Shown in pieces: positions 11,717-25,421 of a stretch of 64,000 bases of DNA. Position 1 is the first letter of the stretch, and each line of letters starts with the position of its first letter. Below the pieces are notes generated by a model, which saw only the letters and a program-made list of their open reading frames with translations, had not been told where the DNA came from and did no database searches. Source of the stretch: Saccostrea echinata (taxonomy: Eukaryota); contig NW_026889774.1 of NCBI RefSeq assembly GCF_033153115.1, positions 19,344,001 to 19,408,000 of the forward strand, written 5' to 3'. A program made the position numbers and the translations under genes.

Positions 11717-14623
11717 AACAAATATATTGTGAAAGTCTTGGGGAAAAATAGCCCATTTTAGGCTGAAAATTAGCACTATTTTAGTTATATCTAAAAATTA
11801 ACATCACATACCCCCACTTTTAATTTTATTTTCTGAATAAACAAGATAATTTTAACCATTCTGCTTAATCTCAGAAAAATGTCATTACTTTCAAAAGATT
11901 TTATTGCTTGTTAAATTTTTAATGCCAGAAAAATGACATTTTTTGAGAGCAAAAAGGTCAAATAATTGACTATGCGAAGTAATATGAAACACTTTTTTTG
12001 TTGTCACAAATTTTAAAGAGACTATTCAAGACGAAAAAAGACTGTATTTGTTCCCATAATTTATTTGGATAAAATTTATGAGGAAAAACTTTGAAAAATT
12101 GATTTATGTGTAAGACGTAATTAAAGTGCAAAAAGGTCATATTAAATGCTCCGTAGCTCCGAAAGAAGTGCATTGACCCCCATTTTTGGTTTTGATTTTT
12201 AATTAAGCTATGTGTCTAGATTCCCAAAATATACTTGATAAAAAATTCTCAATACTTTTGATAACAGGATCCAACCTCCTTAAAGAGATATATCAATTTA
12301 CGCACAAGAAACTGTAAGAAAAGCAGTTGTTTTTCGTGGACTTAATAATCATTATTTTGTTTTCAATAACATATTCATAATCAAAACTGGAATGCCTGAC
12401 ACATAAACTCTGAACCATGATACATCTTTGGATATACACTGTATATTCTCAAAATATTCAACATGTTTGTACACAAACATCGACACTATTTTGCTTAAAA
12501 GGTTCAGAATACAAATACAAAAATAATTTGTCATTGTAGTTTAGGTATTAAATATATTTTACGCAACCAATCTTCACAAAGTGAGTTTTCTTTAGGAGAA
12601 TTTTACTGTCAAAAACAAAAGTAGCATTCTTGTAACTTGTACATTGTACTACGTAAATGTTAAATCACACATGAAGACAGCAATTTTCTCAAAGTTGTCG
12701 ATCATATGCATATTTGCAAGTTTTCTTCGGTTGTTTGTATACAGCTGACATGAATGTCACTGTTTTTTTTTTATTTATTAATTATTATTAATTAATTACA
12801 TGTAATTATTGTCAACTGCTGACTCCAGTGTATTAATTAAATTGTGAAATTACATATATAAAGTATATGTACTGGTCTGTGCTCCATAATTATTTCTGTT
12901 TATCTAACTTGTATGTATTCCAGCTATTTCACGTGTATCTTTTATATTGTCTTTGTATATATTGTATATAGAACCTCGTGTACCACTAAGTGGTTTGGGT
13001 GAATAAATTGAATTGAATTGAATGCTGAAAAGTATCATTAATTTACTTTAAGATATAATACAAAACACTAATTTATGGTACCACACGTGTTATAAGAATT
13101 TTTATTTTTATAGAAGCAGTGCTAATGAAAGTATGGAAAAATCTGCAAAAATTGTATTTTTTTTTCTTCCGATCCATCTGCAGCTAAATTTTTTTTCCAT
13201 GAAATGTAAAGATAACGAACAGTAATCAAGCTCAAAAATCCAATAAAACAAATTGCGAGTAGAACATACATGGACCTCTGAAAACATCTGAGGTGCGATC
13301 AGGTGCCATGAAGGAGTAAGCATCCCCTGTCGACCGGCTACATGATCAGAAGTGTGAGACTCCGGAGTCTTTTATTTCTAGTTCAATGGGATATATCAAA
13401 TCACCAAATTAATGAATAAATAGTTAATTCATAAAACGTTATTGATATATTTGAATGTCGAATCGAAGGCCACTTCTTTTCATGTAGTAGGTTTTGAATA
13501 AATTTTTGCTACAGAAGTCTGCTAATAATGGAACACAATTAAAACCCAGATTGTTGGAAAACCTGGTATCCATTGCAATGCATTATATAGATATTGACAA
13601 TGAGACTCTTAAGCATCCTTTTAATATGAATTTCAGAGTACTTGTGAGTGGAATCAGAATGGTTTTTAACAAACTAAGGTTGTAGATGACCAATGACAAG
13701 ATAGGAAAATTTGCGAGTTCCATTGTTATTAAAGAAGCAGTTGTCTATGATGTCAAAAAAAAGTCTTTAATTTATAACTCATGAGAACATAAAATTTTCC
13801 AATGTAGAGGAAAAAATAATTGCATATTGTAAATATACCATCGTTAAAGAGCTTTATGTTTTATGGCTTAAAAAAAACACACTTGCAAGTCTAGAATTTC
13901 TGTGGAGCAAAATACTAGTGAGATCTAATACTCCGCGTACCATTGACAGATAACGTGATTCATACACGGAGACTTTCTTCAGTTTCAAATACTTCAAACG
14001 TCAGATTAGAAATACACACTATATTTAAACCTCTTCAACATTCATTTACGATTACTATAAAACTTGACAATATTTATCAGTCACGCGAGATTCAAACTTC
14101 CTTAGGGCAGATTATGAAAACAGGAAAACTTATAAATAAAATTTCTTCAAGAAACACAGAAAGAGCAAAAGATGGTACCCAATAGAAGGTTTAAGAAAAA
14201 TAGTTCCACCTCAAAAATGTTAACGCTCACACAAGTACATAAAACATGTATTTTTCACAGTCGGTAACCAGGCGATAATATTGTAGGGCAAATATATCAG
14301 GAGAAGAGGGGGTTACCATTATACAATTAACATAATTACACAAATACTACAATTGGTAGAAGGAAAAAGTAGTCAGAAGAGGAGCGGTTGCTATGGATGA
14401 GATTGCACCCCATTTAGAAAAATATATAGTAAAAAAGCTTAAGGTGGGCGAACAAGGCAAGCGAAATGCCTGTTGTGTGACTAAAAAGAAAGTGAAAAAT
14501 TTAAACTTAATTATGACAAAGTTTTCCTTGATATTTCATTTAACATTAACGTATACTTTATGTAAAATCGCAACAAACTCTTGAAGATTGAAATTATTCG
14601 TCTATGAAATAGCAAACAATTGA

Positions 14624-15310
14624 ACATTTAGATGTATCTACGACGTTTTATCAATTATCAATATTCATTTTCATTCGCAGGTTGATTCGATAAATCCATT
14701 TTAACTCGAAATAAAAGATACTGTAGAGTCTGACACATCTGTTTCATATTTGGATATTTTACTAGAAATAGACGTTAATGGCAATCTAACAACAGAACTT
14801 TATGATAAACGTGATGACTTCAACTCTCTACCGCCAACTTACATTATTTATGTAGCGATAAACAGTAATCACCTGCATATGGAGTTTATGTCTCCCAGTT
14901 GATTCGAAACGCAAGAGCATGCTCTACATACGAACAATTTCTAAAACGAGGCAACAAATAAGTTGAGGAGAACAGAATATCAACAGTCTCGTTTAACATT
15001 CGCAAATTCTATGGTCGAACGAATGATATTCTTAGCAAAAACAATCTATCGAGTCGAATTTTGACTGACGTTTTTCATACAAATTGTAAGGCCATTATTT
15101 TTACACTGCATGAATTATCTAAGGATTTTTCCGTTTGTCCGATCATGAAAAGGAGCACATGACGGGTGTGGCCAGTAAGGGATGCTTACTCCTACATGGC
15201 ACCTGATCCCGCTTCTGATGTTTTCTGAGGTCCGTGTTTGCTCTGCTCCAAATTTGTGTTGTTTTAATGGACTTTGAGTCTGATCACTTTTCGTTATCTT
15301 CATATTTCAT
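14624..15310 (+). mobile_element. Degenerate Penelope-like element (RT C-terminal half and 3' region)
   Basis: FRCIYDVLSI at 14627 (decayed FRYIDDVLSI catalytic motif), EIKDTVESDTSVSYLDILLEIDVNGNLTTELYDKRDDFN, PAYGVYVSQLIR. Contains stops and frameshifts. Confidence 0.85.
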
Positions 15311-16181
15311 CTGAAAGGGAAAATTGATACTCAGGATTTTTATTGCTTGGGTTTGAACCCCAAGAATCCCACATTTTTTTAAATTGTAGAATGATTTTTG
15401 TCGAGAAAATTCCGCAGAAAAATTTAATTTCAGACATTTCAGTGATATGAACTTTACTTTAAATACTCACAAATTGAATATGACTTTTCTACTTTTTTAA
15501 GCTATAGGCATTTTGCACGCTTTGTTCACCCATGTCCTTTGTACATGTATCTAACTTTATTAGAATTTCATAGATGTCAATTAAATGTGAAATGATTCCA
15601 GAATGCACCAGAACTCACCAACAAAGTATCCATATACATGTAAAAATATATTTTTAAAAATCTGGCGGGGAAGGGGAGGGGGGACGTGCCTGCATTTCCT
15701 GGCATGACTTTAAGCTCATAAAAACCTTCAGATGTAAGGATCGAGGCAAAACTTAAACTTATTCAGTTTTACAAGATTTAGAGACTGCAAGCTTGTTCAA
15801 TCGTTTTAGTGTCTTTTTTTCTATTAAATTAGAATTAACGCTCTCCCTTCTAATTTCTTTAATCTTATGCGCATATAATAGAACTTCATTGGTCACTTGG
15901 AAAACAACGATACTTTCTCACCTGTCGTTCAGGTAAATATGCATTAATGACATTATTAAGATAAAGTGCCCTCCCACCCGAACACGGTGAAGACGACGCT
16001 ATCTTTACTCTGACACAGAGAATTGACTGGTTCACTTGAACGTTCTACATTCCGGGGTAACCCTATTGATATCAACAATATCATACAAAAGCTTTTAAAA
16101 CATCAATAACTTGAGGAGTCTAGCCAACGGACGTGGAAGCACAGTTTTACCTCCCCTTGTTCATTGGTGTTTCTACTTAAA

Positions 16182-16747
16182 ATGGGAGGAAAGGTATGTT
16201 TATGTTCGTTTAGGATTTAATTTTTCCCCAATTATCTGTGATGGCTGTTATTATTTTCCATTTTCGTACATCTAAAAAAAATTAATTTTCTTTTTTTTTC
16301 TCTTAGATTACAATTTAAAATTTCGGGGGTATAAGTGTTTGGATTAACACTCGATTGTATGACCAAATTTTCATTGATAAAACGAATTTTACCTATCGGT
16401 CACCGGGGTCAGATAATGCAAAACTTGAATGAAGTGTTTACTTAATGTATAAACAAACTCATACATTCTTATTTTTATTGTTAATATTTGGATTTTCAAA
16501 TAAAAACGATTTTTATTTTCGCAGAAAATATCAGGACAAATTATTTTTCCGCATATGGAGATATTACCTGGAAGTATTTGCTTGGAATATGATTGCAAAA
16601 TTTGATAAAATTTCATTTAAACATAACAAGGTTTGACTAATCTATGTATGTTTGTCTTTATCTGCGAACTCAAAATTATTTATGCAGAAGGAAATTTAAT
16701 ACGAATAAATTGGTAGAGAGGATATTAAGAGGGTATTATATATATAG

Positions 16748-16789
<42 letters not shown>

Positions 16790-19700
16790 AAATTGTTTTA
16801 TTTCCTACCATTAATTATTACTGTAAAACGACGTACATGTAAAAAATCAGTATAATTATTCTGCTACTAGTTTATACAGAAAGCGGTACGAAGTAAAAAC
16901 TAAATATGTACCATGAAATACACCATGATGGTTGGATAACATAAAGATAATTTACTAAATCTACTAACTATTTTATCTATCGTATTATCAAACATTCTGT
17001 TTCATTTCAAAATAATGATTTTAAGTTTTTATCATTTGGTGACATATGGACAAAAAAAGGTAAAACAGCGAAACACGTGTTTATAGTTGCCTCATATTTT
17101 ATACCTTATCTGCTTTAACTTAGCAGGTCTAATATATGAGAGTACAAAACTGATATTTTTACAACTTTCTTTAAGATATATAATTCCTGTTAAAGTTTCA
17201 ATATAAAGTCAGCAAGTACTAAGACTTAAAAAAAATCACAAATATTTCGTTTTTAAACAAATTAACAACAAAACGAAGGATTTACATGAATAGTTTTGAA
17301 TGAAAATACAGAAATTTTATTTGCTGGAAATACATTTTTTACTAACACAGGGTTTAAACAAATTTATAATATATACTTTTGGGTTGATTTCGATCGTTTT
17401 AAGGGACAGCATTGTGTTTGAAACACTGTGACTACTGATTTATGGCGCCCTTTGCAGACAAAGTAAATACGTAAACAATGACATTTTTATATATATCCAT
17501 TTTACGACTGAAATGTTGGTGGATATACTTATATAGTGCATGATTATCTAACATTGACACCAAAGTGCCTAAATTTATTCCGACAGATTATGATATACTC
17601 AAATATTTGATTTTTCCGCCAAATTAATTGCGAAGAACAGAAAATAAAATATACAGGGAGTTACTTTCAAACATTTATCATAATGTCCGTCCCGGATTTC
17701 TTAACCCTTTTACCTGTCCTTATCAGTTGGTTTTTGGGTAGTAATAGGCGCTCCTTATTGAGGCTTTGAAAAGCAATGTTTGAAATCAATCAATTTTCTG
17801 TTATCATTTGTTTGTCGTCTGCCAACTGCTTCTTAAGTAACCTGCAGACTTGGATTCGAAGACCTGGACACAATTTAAAACGTTTAAAAGACCCAAAATT
17901 AATACCAATAATAATATCATTTACCCAGATGTTTACGAGAAATTTCATCCAGTGTTATACTATACAGACAGTATCGTTTTTAATCATTATGTACAAAACT
18001 TGTTCAAGTGAATTTAAATAGTGCTGAAATACATGTATAATTACAGCCTTGTTCTAAAGTTTGAAGATGAATCAGTTCCTTGAATGTCATTGATTGTGTT
18101 CCGGGTAACAATCTTTAAAATGTTGAGATAAGTCAAAAATTGTCATTCATAGTCATCTCAATCACCCATAAATCAGTGGCAATGTTATAAATGAAACATT
18201 CCATTGAGGAGTGCTTATCCCCCATAAAACTTGAAGGGCTAGATGTAAAAATAAATTTTGAAAGTGACCAACCCATGGGGCAAAGGACAGAAGATTACAG
18301 CATTCAGTGGGGTGGAGGGGTCACGTTGTTTGTCGATTATGCTTTTGAGGAAACACAGAGTCTTTTCATATTTTTAGTCTTCATTCTATTAAGTTTTTTA
18401 AAAATATCATATTGGAAATTAACCAGGTAACACAGAATAACACGTGTAGTTATAGTTTTTACAGCTTCGGAACATTTCTGATATCTCTCTCTCCAATATT
18501 ACAAATGGATACTTTTAATCACTCTTAAGAGAACCTAAGTGTATATAAACTTTTTCAGCAGTTGGTTTGTAGTATAGTACTTTTCATATAATTACCTGTC
18601 TACAATTTGCTAACAGGATTTAAACACTAATCCATAAGGACCATTAACTTTTTTTTTCAGTCCGTTACGCATTTCATTAGTCCGTCCTATGTCATATGAA
18701 AATGATAATACGTTGATAATCCCACATTGTTATCTTACACCCCCTTTTTGGACGTACCTTTATATAAGATAAAATTTAGAATAAAAATTCTAATTCTAAT
18801 TCAAATCTAGCTACAGAAAAACCAGTTCAGCATATCAAACATGATTTTCATTATGTTTAATTACATTCATATTTTGATTTTTTAAAAAAACTTCGACTTG
18901 TGTGTGGTCATGTATTATTTTGTTTGCTTGCTGTTTTTTTTTTTTTTTGAATTTGTTTATGTTTGTTTGTTTGTTTGTTTTTGTAAATGCATGGTAATAT
19001 GGAGTAACATAAACCTAAAGTGTCACAAAACCATTAAAATAAATGTTTTCTTGATTGTGTTAATGAGGAAAAAATGGTTGAATTTTTTTGTGCTTTTAGG
19101 GATATTAGCCTTACCCATATACATGACCTAATTATTTACAACTATTGTGGTAAGTGAATTGTTAAATATCATCAGTGCGTTTCAATAGTATGAAAGTAAT
19201 TGTTGACTTGAAGATACGGTCCCATGTTGACACCAGCTGCTGTGAAAACGGCATGAAAGTTTAAAAATATTTGATAAATTTTTCATAAATAAACTAAGAT
19301 GATTTTATGAAAGAGAATGAAAAATCCCCCTCCCTCTTGAAAATCTGGCAAAGTTTTAAAATTTCGCCCCAGTCTCGTCTAGCTGAATCCTGGAAATACA
19401 TAAACATGCGTTCCTTTTTTATTTCGTCTAAATATTATAAATTTATGAATTATCACAATATTATGAATTTTCACAAATCCATACTGACTAGTGCTTTATA
19501 AACTTTAATAGTCCGACACATTGTCTACTAGTCTTAGACTTAACGGTCATGAAGTAATTTTGAACCTTGATTGAGTTATATATATCATCATTAAATTCTG
19601 TATTTACTGCAAAAAATTGAAGACTTTTTTCTTATATTTGCAAATCAAATAAGACACTGACAAGCGATTACCAAGGAAATGTAACCTAGTTCTATTAAAT

Positions 19701-22700
19701 GTCACTCTCCGAAGTCTGCCGAAAAAAAGAAAGAAAAAAAGAATATCCTATATAGTTACGATGTTATTTAGAACAGCCCTGAATCTAAGGGATACGTACA
19801 AGATAGATTTAATTTCAAAAAGCAAACATACAAATATTCAAGTATCCCAAACAAAATGCATTCTTTTATATTTCACAATATTTACAATATTGCTATTAAT
19901 TCCTTTGAGATTTTCATATTAATTACATTCTAGCAAGATCTGGTCACGAATTTTACAAAAAGATTACCTTTGGTAGGCGTTGACTACCTACATGTCAATC
20001 AGAACTTCTCAGATCTCATCCTATAGAGGAAAAGGAGCTTGCTAGAAAATTGCAATGACCTTGGCCTTTAGATGTGGTCTTGTCATGCATGTTCAAGATC
20101 ATCAATGTCAGGTAAAAGAGTATTGTGACATCATTTTTGTGTAGAGCTCCAAGGTCATTCTTTTTCATAGATTCAGAGATAGAGCCTGACAAATGTCCTA
20201 GCTCGACTGCTGTAATGACCCTCATCTTTGAGAAATGATTTTTTAGCCAAGGCCATGATACACAACCTTTGCAGATAAAAAAAAACCGTGTGTGAAGTTT
20301 GATACAGGCAAGCATCAATTCAATTTCGAAAAAACAAACACTACCGAACACAAAAAGTATAGAACGGATTCAGGGAATCTGAGACTCTTTCCCCGCCCCA
20401 CTTTAGAGCGTTTATAGAAATCTAAAAAAAAATTGTGTTTGATCATCAAAATTCTTCATTGTAGAGAGCGGAATGGTCGAACCCTGTGGAGTTTATTTTA
20501 ACTTGTGTGGGGTTTGCTGTTGGTTTGGGTAATGTCTGGAGATTCCCCTATTTAGCATTCAGGAACGGAGGAGGTAGGTCAAAATTTCATTAAATCTACT
20601 TACAATGCACAATAGAATTGTCATCGTATGCAAAAACACGCAATTTTCCCGATCTGTATATTGGTGTGACGAATGTGTAAATTTAAGTTCATAAGAGGAC
20701 AATTATATTCACGAAAATGCATCATCCAATTTGGATTACCGAATCAAGTCTTCATTTTAAAACACCTAAAAAGTAGTATGTAATCAAATTTTGTACAAGA
20801 CCATGCATTTATAGTATTTCCCTTAATCCAGGCACGACTACGGACCATAAAGTATTGTACCATGATGTTCAGATCGGTTTCATGTAACACACGACAATCT
20901 GTTGAATTTCAATGAGATGTTCTACTACTCTTTAACCTTGTTATTGTTCATTACTTTCAGGGGCATTTCTTATCCCGTATTTCATTTGCCTGGTGGCCAT
21001 TGGAATCCCCCTCTTTTATTTAGAAATCGCATTTGGACAGTTTGCCAGTCTCGGACCCGTTAACATATGGAAAATAAATCTTTTGATGAAAGGCAAATAT
21101 TTTTATGATCAGCTTAAGGTTCATCACCCTCCGATAAGAGAGATAACTCTCACCGAGATAAATAACTATTATTTCCTTTATAAAATTTTTAATTCAAAAG
21201 AAAATTTCTGTCAAATTTTGCCCCGCACGGTATGCTGAAAATGTGTGCCTTTATAATTATAAATTCGATTTCATTTGGAAAATCATTAGCGTTAAAACAA
21301 AATTTTACATGAGTGATCAGAGGGACGATGAACCTTAATTTTCTAATCAAAAAAATTATACCTAATTATTTTGGAAAATGTCAAATACCTTTTTCTTGTA
21401 CTTGAAATTTACGAAACATATTTCAGATTTAGTTCTCACTAAATGTATTCATTTTTTTCTTTAAAAATAGGATTGGGGTTTTCCATGATAACAGTTTCAG
21501 GGGGTATAGCCCTGTATTATGTGGTCATTATTGCTTGGTGCTTGTACTATTTCTTTGCTTCGATGACGTCATATCTACCGTGGCAAGATTGCGACAACAA
21601 CTGGAATACATGTCTGTGTCAAGATGGCAAACGGAATTTTTCACTGCCAGATCCCTGGCTCGGAGCACGTAATGAGTGTTGTAAGAAAAATTTTATTTTT
21701 AGTGAAAAAAAAAATAATTCAAAGATATTTGCAAGACCAGGAGTACTATATATTCAAAGAAAAAAAAAATTAAGATTTTCTATTCACAATGCATGCATTT
21801 TAATTTTTGATGTGTTTGCTTAGTTGATTCTTTTTCCTGTGGTCCAGAATTGAACCAGGAACATTCTTCGCTTTTAACTGAAAACCGTTGACTGTATCTT
21901 TTTCAGTGACTTTTGATTATCCTATAAACACTACTGGGGTTGCTGTCAGTGAAGAATATTTCAGGTATACATAAACAAACGAAGTATATAATAATTGATT
22001 AATAATTCTAACACTATCTAAATTGATTGACCTGGAATTGAAGGAACAGAACATATTAAACGTTTTTAAGATTTCTCTTCCCTTTCTCAGACGTCGGGTT
22101 TTGGAGATCACGGACGGATTCGAGTCCACCGGAGGTGTGAAATGGGACGTAACTCTGTGTAACCTTCTGGCCTGGACGATTATTTTTATCGTTTTGTCCA
22201 AGGGTATCAAAACACTGGGGAAAGTATGTATCAACAAAAACTTTGTTTTTATTATCAACGAGTTTGTTAAATATGCGAGTCCATAAAAATAAAGTCACCA
22301 CAATTCCTCATAAGCACAACTCTTCCGTAAATCCTAAGTTTATAATCTTGAATATTTTATTTACCAGGTTGTGTACTTTACAGCTATTTTCCCATACGTT
22401 TTACTCACAGCTCTTCTCATCCGGGGACTTACACTGGATGGCTACAAACAAGGAATAGAATACTACTTTACTCCCGATCTGGATAAACTCACGGACGCCA
22501 GTGTAAGCAGATTAGTCTAAGGATCAACATTTGAAATATATATTCATTCTATATGTTGGAACCATACAGATAAATTTTTGTGCTTTCTTCATATATAACA
22601 TCGAGTAGATTTTTTGTTTAATATGAGCACTCGTGAATTCGTACTCTTAATCCTCAAACTCACTCAAAAAAAGAATACCTACATTATTGTTTTATTTAGG

Positions 22701-25421
22701 TATGGTCGGATGCTGCGGTCCAGATCTTTTACTCTCTCAGTGCTTGTCAGGGAGGACTAATAGCGATGGCCAGCTTCAATAAGTTCGATAATAATGTTCT
22801 GAGGTACGCCTAATTTTGTTATGTTTTAAATTTTGAATTTACTGGGTGGGAGTACATACAAAATTCAGAACATGAACTCTAAATTTTGTATGGACTCCCA
22901 CCCAGTAAATTCACGATTTAGAACATGACATTTTCCTTACTCCAGGAAAGGGCAATGCGACGCCTTTTTTTTGGTAACTTGATACTAGTTAAAAACTCAT
23001 TTGATCTACATGTACTTTTCTAGCAAACAACCCGATTGATTTTCATTGCTTATATTATAGTTTTATCAATTGTTATTGTAAGCTCACATGAATCTGATTC
23101 ACTCCCTCTGGAAAGAAAATTCTGGGGTGTAATTCTGCTGTATTTATGCAGGTTTTTTTTAACATCTTCACAACGTCATATAGGGGTCTAGAGTCCACAC
23201 TTGGCTGTGGGACGTACACGAGGGGACTCATTACTCCAGACGTTGTGATGATGGTTTTGTAATTAGGAATACTAGTAACTTTCCTTATTGGTAAATTCTA
23301 CAGACCACACTGTTTGTTTTTGTTTTTCAGAGATACGTTTTTGGTCCCAATAATTAACTGCTTAACGAGTCTCTATGCAGGCTTCGTCATCTTCTCAGTT
23401 TTGGGATTTATGGCGGAAGCTAAAGGCGTTACGGTTCCAGAAGTGGCCAAGGGAGGTAAACCATATTTACCATTTGAAAATAGAGCTTTCGACTGTTACA
23501 ATTTTACTCTTGTAGAGGATGATGATGTAGTTTTCATCCAATGCCTCCATTCCTAGACAGACTATGAAAAGTGGACGTATTTCTTAAAAAAATACATTTA
23601 ATTATATCTATGAAGGATCATCTCCCCATTAACTTGTGAAAAAAATATTTCCTGCACTGTAAACATTTTAAAAAAAGTTTGTGGATCAGCTTAATTCAAT
23701 ATATTCCAGGTCCTGGTCTGGTGTTTATTGTCTACCCAGAAGGTTTGGCTCAGATGCCGGTAGCACCGTTATGGTCAATATTGTTTTTCTTCATGATGGC
23801 GACATTAGGATTCAGCTCAGCGGTAATATTCTTAAAATTCAAATGTATAGTCATTGAAACTGTTTTATTATTAGATGTAAGGTATAAGGTCATGATTAGT
23901 GTTTGTCTACATGTGTCATAAAGCCATGCATTCATTCAATATATAATGTCTCTTAATAGTTTTCCATTGTTGAAACGGTAATGACTGGTCTCCTGGATGA
24001 ATTTCCGGCCCTCTCTAGATCAAAATGGCGAGTTCTTGGTTTCCGGTTTGGAATCTGTATGTCTGGGTTTCTTTTGGGACTTCCAATGACAACTAGAGTA
24101 AGACTAAGTACAATATTAAAAGTGTTCTGGTAAAATACTAATATAAAGTTTTTATCAGTTCAACTTTTTTTTGGATAAGTGATACACATTTATTGTAAAA
24201 CTATTGGTTTATCAAGGGAGGTGATTACATGCTTACACTTGTGGACAATGCTGTTGGTGGGTTTCCGCTGTTGTTTGTTGGATTCTTGGAGGTTGTTCTT
24301 TTATGTTACGTATATGGTAAGCATAGGACTAGAATTACTACCAGTGTTGAAAATTATTTATGTAATGAACTTTTTATCAACTCGTCGTACATTTTGCTAA
24401 GAATAATGGATTTTTTCATGCAGATCACATTTAACATGCAGATTAGTAAAAACAATCAAATACTACACTTTTCACTTTCCTTGTCTGAAATCTATATAAA
24501 ATAATAACATGTGAAGGATTAACAAGCATGTAAATTTAACAAAAATTGTATAATTTGCAGGTTTCTTCAGATTTAAGCGGGATATTGAGATGATGATTGG
24601 TGACCGACTCTGTGTCAAACCCTGCTTCTGGTATTTTGGTGCCTGCTGGATGCTTATATCTCCATTGGCACTATTGGTCAGTTTCCACAAAAAATACTCA
24701 CTAGTATTTAGAATCCGCTTATCTCATCTGAAAAAAACCTAATCTTTATACATGTATCTCCTCTGTTCCTTAAATTCAGATTAACCATATTACAAACCGA
24801 ATAAGCTTTACTAAGCCTATTTTGATGACCTATGATCATAGGAATACCTCAAAAATTATATTTTAAATGGTAATCATTTATGGAAAATGAAGAACGATAT
24901 TTAAAATGCGGTATGATATTATTTAACTTCTTTCTTTTTCCAGGCAGTAATTATCTTCAAAATTGTTCAAACAGAACCTCTGGAAAGTGATGGTTATTTG
25001 TACCCGGACAGTGGTCAGGTGATCTTCTGGTTGATTCAAGTCACGTGTTTGATTGGAATTCCTGGTTGGTTTATATACTACAGCTGTAAAAAGGGCCTTG
25101 GGAAGGTAATGTACACCACCACTAAGCTCAAATCAAAATCGATTTTTTTGAAAATTAATACATTCCAAATTCATCCAAGAATTTTTCTCTCAAAAGAAGT
25201 TTGAAATTTATTGACATGTTTTACAGCCGACAGCAGACTGGGGGCCCGCCTTACCTGAGAACAGAACAGGTCGTTATTCCGTCGCATTCAATGAAATCAC
25301 TACCAATGGATCCGCCCCTGCAAATGATTACTCAGTTGACATGATGAAAATGCAGCCCAATGAATATGACAATAAAGCTTACGTGATAGACACGGGAGAC
25401 ACAACTGCCACAAAGTTCTAG
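16182..25421 (+). CDS. SLC6 (NSS) Na+/Cl- dependent amino-acid transporter, paralog A, ~613 aa
   Basis: Exons 16182-16193 (MGGK, inferred), 20465-20573, 20961-21092 (GC donor), 21471-21680, 21907-21964, 22091-22223, 22368-22502, 22700-22803, 23331-23455, 23710-23822, 23960-24097, 24217-24316, 24561-24676, 24944-25105, 25227-25421; 1842 nt in frame. Motifs [57 protein letters not shown]. First exon and last acceptor are less certain. Confidence 0.93.
16751..16786 (+). repeat. Poly(A) run of 36 nt in intron 1 of SLC6 paralog A
   Basis: Directly visible. Confidence 0.9.
22817..22931. repeat. ~115-bp foldback palindrome (MITE-like) in an SLC6-A intron
   Basis: gaatttactgggtgggagtacatacaaaatt pairs with aattttgtatggactcccacccagtaaattc. 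Confidence 0.85.
23166..23251. mobile_element. Short hairpin MITE family; relatives at ~3224-3293 (and +6383), 30857-30925 and 36584-36637
   Basis: Shared ends cttcacaacgtc...gagtccac / gtggactca...gacgttgtga. Confidence 0.6.

Larger units (their letters stand above)
1023..13787. repeat. Tandem segmental duplication, unit ~6382 bp (1023-7404, 7405-13787); 1-1022 is a further partial unit cut by the window edge
   Basis: ORFs recur at offsets of +6382 to +6384. Identity ends at ...ctcatgagaa (13787). Differences seen: C74 vs A6456, A4695 vs G11078, and homopolymer lengths. Confidence 0.97.

Noticed and set aside
25197-25226. Upstream acceptor extending the SLC6-A last exon (KFEIY*HVLQ), implying a pseudogene or stop readthrough
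   Set aside because: A good TTTTACAG acceptor at 25226 gives an intact frame. The exon start is 7 aa shorter than in paralog B, so the boundary needs RNA confirmation.
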